This document shows positions 35,023-45,835 of a stretch of DNA of 64,000 nucleotides, piece by piece. A program made the position numbers and the translations under genes. Source of the DNA: Tubiluchus corallicola (taxonomy: Eukaryota; Animalia; Priapulida). Below the pieces are notes generated by a model. It saw only the letters and a list, made by a program, of their open reading frames with translations, ran no database searches and was not told where the DNA came from. The stretch spans positions 124,001-188,000 of the forward strand of contig JAQGDQ010000429.1 in NCBI GenBank assembly GCA_030141605.1, in the 5' to 3' direction. Every line of letters starts with the position of its first letter. Position 1 is the stretch's first letter.

Positions 35023-35919
35023 ATATTTCACTCAAGCTTAGACAAGATTAGCAAAAATGCTGAAGGAAATTTAACCAAATGATAATGATTCAGCTTCCAC
35101 TCCTTAAAAGATATGCATAACCACTTTGTTATTCAACAGTTATATAGATAATTCATTTTTTACTGTGTGAATAAAAATGTAAAATTATCATGCATAAAAG
35201 TACACGTCATAAAGAATGGAGCTTAGCATGTCACTGCAATACAAATTAGTCGTACATAAAATTAATATTTCTAGGTTGAGATGTCTTTTTGTTTCCAGGG
35301 TATCTAAATCAGTAACAATAACACGCTCTACCGACATTTTTATACACATTCGTGAAACCGCTTTTCAGAAATGGCAAAAGGACGGAATGTGAAAAAGTGC
35401 AAATTGACTTCCAACAGACTGCACTTGTCATTACTAGTTTCTAATTTTTCATTGACAAAAAATTATCGTTGCCTGTGTAAGTTAATGTATATGTTTTCTT
35501 TTTATACTGGAACCAATAACTGCATTTTTGTTTTGAGAATTTTTCTGTTTATGCGCTGTTTCTACTTTTTTCTAATTTCTAATACAAGCACTGCTAAAGA
35601 AAATAGATTGAATTAAGTACAGGGCGAAAAAACCACGTGCAATCCGGATTGTTTGAAACTTTTGAATTTCGACAGCGGATACAACATTTTTTGGAGCGTA
35701 TAGTAGAGACTCTTTTTTTAAAATTCCACGAAGAAGAATTATTGCGGTTTTAGATGGTGTTTTCTTCTTGAAGTTGAAATTAAAAAACGAGTAAGCGCTT
35801 TGTTACAGTTTACAGGTATTTCACACTGTTTTTGCCTCGCTTAGCCACGGTTACAGCTAACAAGCGGCCAGCATGGGTGAGTCAGAGCAAGAGTGATAGT
35901 TGCAGAATTGAAGATGGAC

Positions 35920-38130
35920 AAGTGTAGAGCGCCGAGTACGCCACTAGCCGAACTAGGACACTTCCACTAAAGCGCATTGTGGAAAAGCAGTGTCGTACTT
36001 GGGCAGTCCAAGTAGGGCACTGGTGATTTCTGTCGAGAATCGAAAATTATGACATCGTAAAACACAAAATTAATTTTTTTAGAAATAAAGTAACATTATG
36101 ATAATGATGGCTGTATAGAATATAACACTTCTACCATTGGTCATTGATGATTAAATTTAACAAAAAACTACCTTTGCAAGGCGGGGAATGGGCGTCCCCA
36201 TTTGATATCCAGGGACGCACCTGTTTCAAACAAAACAGACAACCTGCAAATAATAAACGCAGGCAGGCGAAAACAAATGCTTCAGACACATAGATTAATC
36301 GGAACTCTAAATGCTTTTATTGAAACTTACAAAGATACAAAATAACGCCAAAGTCTGTAAAAATTTAACACAAAAGCGGTTTTCTTTCCGTCTGCTACAA
36401 AAGGTAGTTCCCAACTCCTTCGCCTCCTTGCAAAATAGTTTCACATTAACAAAAAAAGAAGAAAATTGTTGTTCCCTACTTTCCTTGCAAATATTTAACT
36501 GATTCGCGACGGGATAGGCCTTGACAATTTACAAACATATTTTTTACAATAATATCATCATTATAATTAGCCCCATTTATATCATCATAACATTGAACTA
36601 AGTATCGTATGCTTTAAAGAGAGAAACTATGTAGGGCACATAACTCGCTAACCCGTTTACTTAATAGAAAATAATTATTTGTCCAAGAGGTAATTAAACG
36701 GATCACCTGTCTGTGAAGCAAGGCCCGAAAAGCAATTTTATTTGACTTCAAAAATATTAATATTGAAGCTAAATTTGTATTGGCTGTTCTACTAGCTCAG
36801 AATGAAATTCTTTTATTTTTTCAGTTGTATAATAAATTACTCAACGTGTATTGACATTTTCAATTATTATTATTAAATAAACAAGGACAATGGACGCTGC
36901 CAGTACTGTTAAGGACTCAGTTCGTGAACTGTCTCTAGTGTCCTACTTGGGCAGCCCATATATTACGCGGCCTATTTGAGCTGGCCCATGCACGATGCAT
37001 CCTACTTGGGCTAGTGTCCTACTCTGCGCCCAACAAAGTTATAGATGCGTCTGTTGCTAGGTTACTAGTAATATTTACGCTGGTGTTCGTTTATTGTTTA
37101 TTTGAGCTTTCACGCGTTGTGAACAATAGTGACAATTCAGTTATTGTTTTTATGTTGAGTTATTATTAAATGATGCATTTACTATGGGCCTACGTATATA
37201 TGGTGTAAGGCGTTCAACTGTTTATAGTAGTTTATAAATTTGAAAAAACTGCATTATGAGTTCCATGGGTATCTAACATGCATGTACTGTCAAATTTCCA
37301 TAATGGGACTTTTATATTCATAATTTTGTTGACAAAATAAAGAATATTACAAAGTTACACTTACCAATGTATAAATTTTGGTATAACAAGGTTTTTACTA
37401 GCTTTTCTCATATTGTCTTGGTATAACAAGGTCCTAAGTGCCCCATCCAATGACAGCTCACATGTTAAACTAATCATCCAATTTAAATGTTGTTTTCTTT
37501 TCTTTTGCTTCTGCTTTCGTTTGACATTGTTGCTTCTCCATGTTGTGTGCTCCAAGAGGTCGAGATTCACAGCAGAGAATGTAATTCCTTTTTTTTGGAC
37601 GAACCAAAGTGAATACATTTGTAACCCCCCAAATAATAACATGGTCAGATAGCTGTGTCCCGCAAAACCTTAAGAGCATCATTTCGTTTGCCATATTAGT
37701 GTTTCTTAAATGGCAGCCTCAACCTGACAATGAAATTTAGCTTACCTGGGCACAGTTGTGTCCAAGAAGTTGATAATATATATATACAGCAACATTGAGA
37801 AAGTATTAAAGGTGTAGATTCCGGTTTCTCTGGTGAGGCTTTTGCTGAATGCAAATCGTAAGAGTCCATGCAAAATCATGCAAATGAGTGAAATGCAATT
37901 CAAAGACTTTAAAGCATGCTTAACGTCCACTCAATTCAAGAATTTGCCATTTGCCAAAGTAGCAATGCTAATGCTTTTTCAGGGTTGACCATGTATATCA
38001 TATACAGAATATTTTTCAAGCCCCATCGAAAAGAAAGTGGTTGTTGCTCCACACGTAGTTCAGACCCACTACAAGCAAGGTGAGAGAGGGACACACTTTT
38101 GTTACCAACACCCAAAAAACTCATTTAAAC
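35920..38130. mobile_element. Degraded unclassified repeat/transposon-like region
   Basis: Clustered GTCCTACTTGGGC / CCAAGTAGGGCAC motifs at ~35990-36020 and ~36938-37030, plus broken coding-like minus-strand segments with splice-like sites (37360-38130). No diagnostic family motif recognised. Confidence 0.3.
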
Positions 38131-39390
38131 AAAACATGCATTGGAAAAAAAAGGAGAAAGACCTAAAAACTATATCCACCCCTTAACTCGACTTTTCTCT
38201 TACTCGGTGACAACACTCACTCTCCCACGCACCCCACACATTATCTCATTCACAACTTCACTTTTTATTGTATTTATATACAGAAATTATTTGTAAATTC
38301 AAGAACAGTAACACTATAGTAAAATTTTAACTGGATGCAAATAAATACTTAGTTGAGGTATATTATACAAATCATTCTTTATTTGTGTTTGAATTTTCCA
38401 ATATTTATTTTGGTCTTGTGAGATTGATCAATTTCGTTCCATACGTTTGGTCCTTGATAACTGCTTTGCAAAATTTGTTCTGCAGAAAGGTATGTAATTT
38501 TCATTCAATCTTATGTTATAATTAAGTTGAATTTGTTTTACTGTTTAGATATTATAATAATGGATCCTAATAAGATTAATCTTAACGTAAATTATTGTCT
38601 TTGAAGCGTAATTTAACCTTTAGTCTATTTTAATTAATGTTAGGTAAAGTCGTTTTAATGTAATGTAATTTAACTTTCAGGTTACAAGAGTTTTTAATAA
38701 TAATAATTAATCAATTACATTGATATTAAAAGAAGGATACAGCATATTTTATACATATATATTAGGATATTAAATTTTACCATGTCATTTATAATTGGAA
38801 TCTTGCACTCATTATAGCAAGTCAATGGAACATCAGCATGTTTAGACAAGTTATAAAACGTACGTAAAAGTTTACGTTGGAGAGTTTTAAGAGATTTGCA
38901 ATTTAGTGTGGTAAGTTAGACCCCATAGTATATTGCAGGAATGTAAGCACGGAAGAACCAATTTACTGATTAGTTTACTAATTGCATTTCCGCAGCTGTC
39001 ATACACCCAATTGGTGCATGTCATTTTACTTTTTTGGCCTGGACATCACCGTCACTCATTTTTAGAATTGAATTAACTTGAACTGAGATCCAAAAAAGGA
39101 TAGAATTTAAACCAATTTTATTATAAATACAAAAAATTCAAAGACGTGGCTATGTGATGAATGCGTGAACATGGGAAACATTTTCACAAACATTTGTTAT
39201 TTGTTTGCAAGCTGACGCTAAAGGATTTTCCGTATTTCTCGTAACAAAAGCAAAAACAGAGACGTAGTGGGTGCACAAGTTGCGTAAGAAATAAAAATCG
39301 AGGTGGGGGAACTTGAAAGGTGATGAAGGGCTGAAAAACTGCTTAATTTTGTCAAAAATCAGCAAATAAATAATTAGTAGTGCCAGTTTG

Positions 39391-39832
39391 CAGACTTACT
39401 CCTAAAATATTGCAAAAAAAACACTTTGGTGTTTTCTTGTAGTATTTGGTCCATAGAATAACATATCCAAATTAGGGCGAAATTTGAGTGCAGCAAAGGC
39501 CTTAATTATGACGTCAAAAAGAGACGGCTGCCATTTGATCAAAATTTGGGTATTTAGTCACCAGAATGTGAAAAAATGTTCATTTTGATTCAAAAGCATG
39601 AAACTTTGCACAGTGTTAGAGTTCATTAAGGTGATTAATTATGATTATGGAGTCAATCGAAATTCGTCCAATATGGCTGCAATTTTCAAGATGACTGATA
39701 ATATGTATGTTGGTAGCTTATAGTGGCTATATATTTAAGAATTGTGAACAAAGTCTACCTGTTTTGTGAGCTAATATGCACTACAAGAAAACACCAGAAA
39801 ACATTTCTTTGCCATTTTGTAGGGTAGGTCTA
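39391..39832. mobile_element. Non-autonomous DNA transposon with TIRs of about 50 bp
   Basis: CAGACTTACTCCTAAAATATTGCAAA...TGGTGTTTTCTTGTAGT pairs with ACTACAAGAAAACACCA...TTTGCCATTTTGTAGGGTAGGTCTA. Confidence 0.7.
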
Positions 39833-40722
39833 TTTTGTTCATAATATTTACTCTATTAAAAGTAAATTCCGTCTCTAGTATGCATTAAATTTACAGAAAA
39901 GTCGGAAATCAGACTAATTCTGTTTTTCGTGGTTATATAGTTGCTCATGTCTGTGAATTCTGTTTGTTTTACGTGATAGCAGAAAATCAGAAGCCTACGA
40001 GTGTAACTTACATTTACATTTTTTTGAATTTTTAACTCATTCCAGTTGTCATTTGCATCGTAAAGAAAGTAACTAATCAGTGACTCTGAGTTACAGTTTC
40101 TTTTTTGCCGTTTTGAAAAGTAACTATTGTAGTTGCAATTAAAGTTTCTTAAAGAAGCAACATTAGATGAATTGTAACCAGTTAAGTTAATAAATAAGTA
40201 ATTTGTTCTATTGGCTTAGTCTTAGAAAAATTTTATTTTAAAAGGCTAAACTTTTGGCATTTGTCAGATCTCCGTCTTGAGCCTTAATAAGAAACTGTTA
40301 CATTTTCACTATATATGTCGAGTACAGCTGCAGTCAGCAAGAGCATCACGCCACGGTGAGATGTACACCATTGGAAAGCCTTTATGCACTTAGTTCATTT
40401 AAGCTCATTTATCTAGTTGCAGTTTGGCAAAGGCAGGAATCATGGTGCTGTCAAAACTTACAGTATTGAAGTGCACACAAAAACATGTTTGATATTCTGT
40501 TTTCAGAATTCTTATTTATAAAATTATGGCAAAAGCGTCTAGGCTTAGTGTCCCACACATAATATTTCTCAAGAGTGTAACAAATTACAATGAATTGTTA
40601 TTAAATTTTTTAAATGGCTCCCAGGACCAGATGTGGTATTTTCAGGAAATTTGAAGCTTGTAAACTCGAACAGTTAACTCGTAAAAATTTATTTATTATT
40701 TTTCTAGATTCTGTGAAAGAGA

Positions 40723-42156
40723 ATGTTTCCATCTGTTGTTCCATTGCCTCTTGAAAATGCCGCTTTGAATAAGCTTTTACGGCAAGCCAAAGACTGGTGT
40801 GTTTCCAATGGCGTGGTTATGAGGACAGCAGACGCTCCTTCATCTTCCGAAGTGGTGAATTACGCGCCTTTTATCTTGCTACCGTCACCATTCCCTCGTA
40901 CAGAATTTGCCAGAGCCAAGGCTGTTCAGTATGCCATTAACAAGCTTGTCCATGCCGTGGCAATGGACTTTGAGTTTCTGAAGGCATCGTTGAAAACCAC
41001 ACTACCTGTTGATGATTTTACTAAGCGATTATTTTCTATTTGTGAGACTGTTGAGGCAGAGGGTATTGCACAAGATATTCACCTGGGTTTACTGAGAAGT
41101 GATTATATGCTGGATAAAAGCTTATCGGACATCAAACAGATTGAAATAAACACCATTTCTGCTAGTTTTCCGTCACTCACCTGCAAGATATCTTTGCTTC
41201 ATAGGTTTCTTCTTACCAAGATGGGATTACAATCCAGCTTAGATTTGGAGCATCATCTTCCACGAAATCTTGCTTTAACTGGGTATGCAAAAGCACTGGT
41301 GGAAGCTTGGCAGCTGTATGATAATGATAGCGCAGTCATCGTCATTGTGGTTCAGGAGGCGGAAAGGAACATTGCAGATCAGCGTCTCTTGGAGTATGAA
41401 GTTTGCGCAGAAAATGCTTTTATCACCATTTGGAGACGGACATTTGGAGAGCTTGCGCAAGCCACACTTCATCCTAAAAAAAGAACTTTGAGCTTAGATG
41501 GCCGGGAGATAGCAGTGGTATATTATAGAGATGGCTACGCTCCCAGCTGCTATGTAAATGAACAAGTGTGGGAGACGCGTCTTAAAGTTGAAAGATCAAC
41601 GGCAATCAAGTGTCCATCTATACAGTACCAACTTGTTGGAACTAAGAAGATACAGCAGGTACTGTCTTTGCCAAATGTGTTGGAGAAGTTTCTGCACAAT
41701 GCAGACGAAGTTCATGCCGTAAGGAGTACATTTGCTCAACAGTATAGCTTAGATTTCGATGCCTCAGGGGACAAGGCCGTCGCTATGGCAATCAGCGATC
41801 CGGAACGGTTCGTGCTGAAGCCACAGCGAGAAGGCGGTGGCAACAACATATACGGCAGCGATATCGTCGAAGTTTTAACCAGGTTAAAAAATGAGCAGGA
41901 GAGAGCCTCGTACATCCTAATGGACTTCATACATCCATTACCATCGTACAATTACGTGGTGCGAGCTGGTGAAGAAGTTCGGCTTGAAAGCGTCGTAAGC
42001 GAACTAGGAATTTTTGGAACGATCATCGGGAAGGGCAAAGAAGTAGTCGTTAATGAGCATTTTGGGCATTTGCTCCGCACGAAAAAAGCCACTGCACAGG
42101 AAGTTGGTGTAAGTGCGGGTTTTGGCACGCTGGACAGCCCGTATTTAGTTTACTAA
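40723..42156 (+). CDS. GSS: Glutathione synthetase (eukaryotic type), single coding exon, 477 aa
   Basis: Full-length ORF with LLRSDYM, KQIEINTISASF, VVYYRDGY, ERSTAIKCP, GTKKIQQ, the glycine loop KPQREGGGNN, SELGIFG, GHLLRTK and C-terminal LDSPYL. A splice acceptor TTTCTAG ends at 40707, just upstream of the ATG. Confidence 0.97.
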   Translation: MFPSVVPLPLENAALNKLLRQAKDWCVSNGVVMRTADAPSSSEVVNYAPFILLPSPFPRTEFARAKAVQYAINKLVHAVAMDFEFLKASLKTTLPVDDFTKRLFSICETVEAEGIAQDIHLGLLRSDYMLDKSLSDIKQIEINTISASFPSLTCKISLLHRFLLTKMGLQSSLDLEHHLPRNLALTGYAKALVEAWQLYDNDSAVIVIVVQEAERNIADQRLLEYEVCAENAFITIWRRTFGELAQATLHPKKRTLSLDGREIAVVYYRDGYAPSCYVNEQVWETRLKVERSTAIKCPSIQYQLVGTKKIQQVLSLPNVLEKFLHNADEVHAVRSTFAQQYSLDFDASGDKAVAMAISDPERFVLKPQREGGGNNIYGSDIVEVLTRLKNEQERASYILMDFIHPLPSYNYVVRAGEEVRLESVVSELGIFGTIIGKGKEVVVNEHFGHLLRTKKATAQEVGVSAGFGTLDSPYLVY

Positions 42157-45100
42157 TCTAAACAAATGATTGGTTCATGTGTTCCAAATGCTAATGAGGT
42201 AAACCTGCAAGAGCATTTCTCTCAGTATCATAGTAAAGCAACAGGTGAGCATTTTATTGATTCTTATGCATGTGATTTATACATTTCTCTGATTACATAA
42301 TATTTTTTGTTGAAACTAATGAGCATAGGGGTGGAGAATATAATGGAATATTTAAAGGGAACACTTGTAGTAGTCAGCCATATATAAGGGAAATTTGTTA
42401 CATTATAATAATGATAGGGTTTTCCTAAGAAAAAAAATTTTCTTCAAAATCTTTGCATAGCATGAAATTATATATTTTCTGGAATATACTTACTATAATA
42501 AATATTTACATACTAATACATTGTAGTAATGTTGGTGCATTAACTATTTTGTGATAACATGAATTTCTTGCATGCAGTTAAAATTTTATCAGTTGTATTA
42601 TATTATAGTTTGCATTGTTAATTTTACTAATTCCTCTCCTTCCAGAAATATGGTAGGCTGCAGTTCTAGTGTCACCTGCGAAAAGCAAGCCGAATTGTAA
42701 TCATGTTGTTTTTTATGTAATGTAGTTTTTGAAAGTAGCTTGAACGCTAGCTGAAAAGACGTGTTCAGTAGGCTAATACACTTTTAGTATGTGATGTAAA
42801 GCTCTATCACCATGAAACCAGCTTTACTTGATGGTGTAAAACTTGATAAAATGTCATTACTTTACCATTACACGAAACATGATTCCTTCAGATACGTAGC
42901 AGGTTACACATTTTACTCATACTCACGCACTCATTATGACTGGTCCGTTGACTCCTTTGAGGTTTTTTAATTAGAGGGTGTGTCCACTGTTGGTCAAAGT
43001 TAATGCACAACTCGCTGAATGAAGTACCCAGAAAGTTTATTAACAATATTATTTCACTAAACACAATTAAATTTTATAACGTAGTTTGTGACTCTGATGT
43101 GCCATGAACATGTATCCTTTATCCATAACCTCAGTGCAGAGTGAGAAAAATCATCGGCCAAACATTGCCAATGCGCTTTTGGCTCAGGAAGTTTTGTAGA
43201 CGACATCATTTTATAACATTTTAGGAAAATGCTTCATTCGATTTTGCCATGAAGACCTTTTGTTTTGACTGTACCTTTCTGGTCACATTTTGTAAGGATA
43301 TGCTCGGTATTTTCATATAGCAGTAGTCCCTTAAAGACCTTATATTCTGTTCCATGAAATATAAGCTGCTGGCGGAGCAATGTAATGAATGATCTTCCTG
43401 CTAATTTCATTTTTATCTCAAAATCACATTTTATCTCAGATCTCACTTTGGCTTAAGGGCCAATATAAACCCAACAGACGTAGACGGTTTTTTACTGCAT
43501 TATTATGATTACACAAAGAATTCATAGTTATTTTTTAACAAAGGAAGCTTATAAATTAAATACCTTTCCTTTTTCTGGCAAATTTCGAATGCACGCATTG
43601 CCGTAAAGATCGCCACGTTTCGTGTCTTTGGCGCAAGTGAGTGAGAATGACGTACGAGGTACAGAAAGCGTCTTTGATTACTGATGTTTTTTTACCGATC
43701 TTTGGTGGTCTTATGACTGTATTCATTAGTTGCCTCACACAATGAAAAATGGCAGTGCAAATTCAAACCACTAACAATGAAATGATAAAAAATCAAAAGA
43801 AACAAATTTTACAGTAAGTTTATAATAGTATAAATTGAATATTTGCAATGAGAGTAGGATTTTAAGTTATAAAAGCTTATATTATTCTGAGGGTTTAGTT
43901 TGACTTTAAAGTATCAACCTTAGTGTCACTGGATGTCACGTGTGTGGTGCCTGAAGGACCTGAAAATTTATCTTTCAGAACAGTTTTTCTCGTTTCCTCT
44001 GACATTCACAGCAACACTCCAAAGGCTAGTCAGTGACATTTGAGAAAATAAAATTCTCATCACTGATTATATGTCTGTTGAACAATGACATCTCTGTGGT
44101 CCTAAAGCCAGACAGGAAAGAGGGAGCTAAAAGTCACATAAAATAAAATGGCCTCAGCATTTTTCGTAAATGCCGTATTTCGGAAATTTTTAGTAAGCAA
44201 TATATGTATATGTACAATGCATCTACTGTCAAGATTTCTATTAAAAACTCCAATGCAAACATATCGAAAATCCCTGCTACATGAAGTCATCTGCATTGTG
44301 CAATGTTGCTCCGTACCGGTACCGGGGTAAATAATCACATGGAGTGGGGCAACTTGTCACAACGTGTTATTACCTCAATTCAGTTATCTACCTCCAGTAT
44401 ATGTAACATAACATCATGTTAACATAATTTTTATCAACAGAACGATTACTATATGTAACTGGCTATCAGAACTTAAAAGAAGTGTAAATTGTTTTCGTAT
44501 TATTTTCCTTGCCAGATGGCAGCATCGTGCAACATCCAGCTTAGTGGCCTTAAACACGCACACCAGTCGGGCGTATTTAAAAGCAGGGTCTACGAGAATT
44601 ATACAGCTCACACAAAAGCTTTTCTCTGTGGCAAAACAATGTTTTAGATACTGTAAACACTGCAAAACACTTATATCAACACTTGCAATAGACCGAATTG
44701 TGAAGAAAACTTAGGGTTTTATACGCCTACAGGGTTAGAAAACTTTACCGGGGTTTTATACGCCTGTACAAAGAGTGAACATACGTCACCAAGATAAAAC
44801 AGAGTAATTTCGTTACGTAGTTATTTCATTTATTTCGTGTTATTCAATTGCAAACTGTTTTAAAGTTGGGTAAATCTACTAACGACCGACTTTGCTATGC
44901 TAGCTCCAGCCAAACTAATAGTATAATTCAGGGGTGTGCAAATTATCTGACTAGCTGGGCCACATTAAACTTTCTCGGAATTTCTGCGGGCCGCATACAG
45001 TTTGGTCAAAGATTTGGTTCTTCTTCAATCTTCTTTTTTTCTTATACATCTTTCTGATCTATAAGAACACTGCACCTGATGAAACGATGAAACAGCCACT

Positions 45101-45197
45101 GTTCGAGGTGTGTACTACTGAGCCTAAATAGAAACTAAAATCTGGGAATCCTTTATATCAGGGATGGCTACACTTTTTCAGCTTGCTGGCTACTTAC

Positions 45198-45425
45198 AAA
45201 GTAATCTGCCTAGTCGTCTTCTTGGACATAGTAGGTAGATCATTTTGACTTGGTTATTTTATAATTTTATTTATAATTTATTTATAATTTTTTTTGTAAA
45301 ATAACCAGGTCAGAAATGATCTACTTGATATGACCAAGAAGATGACTGGGCTGATCAACCAACCCGATAATAGAAGCCTAGAGATTGGCTGGTTGGTCTT
45401 TCTACCAGCAAATCAGATTACTTCT
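45198..45425. repeat. Compound inverted repeat (MITE-like foldback)
   Basis: CCTAGTCGTCTTCTTGGACATA...GGTTATTTT pairs with AAAATAACCAGGTCAG...CAAGAAGATGACTGGG around an AT-only spacer; a second short hairpin follows. Confidence 0.7.
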
Positions 45426-45737
45426 CGCATTTCCTGCACATTTGAGTGATTCAGTTGCAGCTTCCTAGATTACATAGCTTTTTTATGTTGCAAGTGAGCA
45501 ACGTTAAATTTTGTCATGTCCGACAGTGACATTAAGTGATAACCGTCTGTAGCGGATAGCCCTATAGGCTGAATAGGCTGAAGCTTAAGGCCCGGGATCA
45601 AAAGGGACCCGGCAAAATAAAACGAAATTTTTTTTTTGTAAAAAAAAAATAAATTGACAAAAGAGCAAGGGGCCCGCCAAAATAAAATATAGAAAAAAGT
45701 TTTTTTTTCAAAAGTCAGTCACTATATTTCAAATCGG

Positions 45738-45827
45738 GTTTACACAAATCAAGTTTACACAATTTAAGTTTGCACAATTCAAGTTTACACAATTTAAGTT
45801 TACACAATTCACGTTTACATAGTTTAA
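45738..45827. repeat. 15-bp minisatellite, six copies (GTTTACACAATTYAA)
   Basis: Units start at 45738, 45753, 45768, 45783, 45798 and 45813, with C/T alternation at position 13. Confidence 0.9.
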
Positions 45828-45835
45828 GTTTAAGT

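Noticed and set aside
40723-42156. Bacterial horizontal transfer of glutathione synthetase
   Set aside because: Length and motifs are those of the eukaryotic GSS family, not the roughly 315-aa bacterial GshB.
45074-45095. Hammerhead core CTGATGA...GAAAC
   Set aside because: No stem II can form between the two conserved boxes.
45738-45827. CRISPR array
   Set aside because: Contiguous 15-bp units without unique spacers, eukaryotic context and no cas genes.
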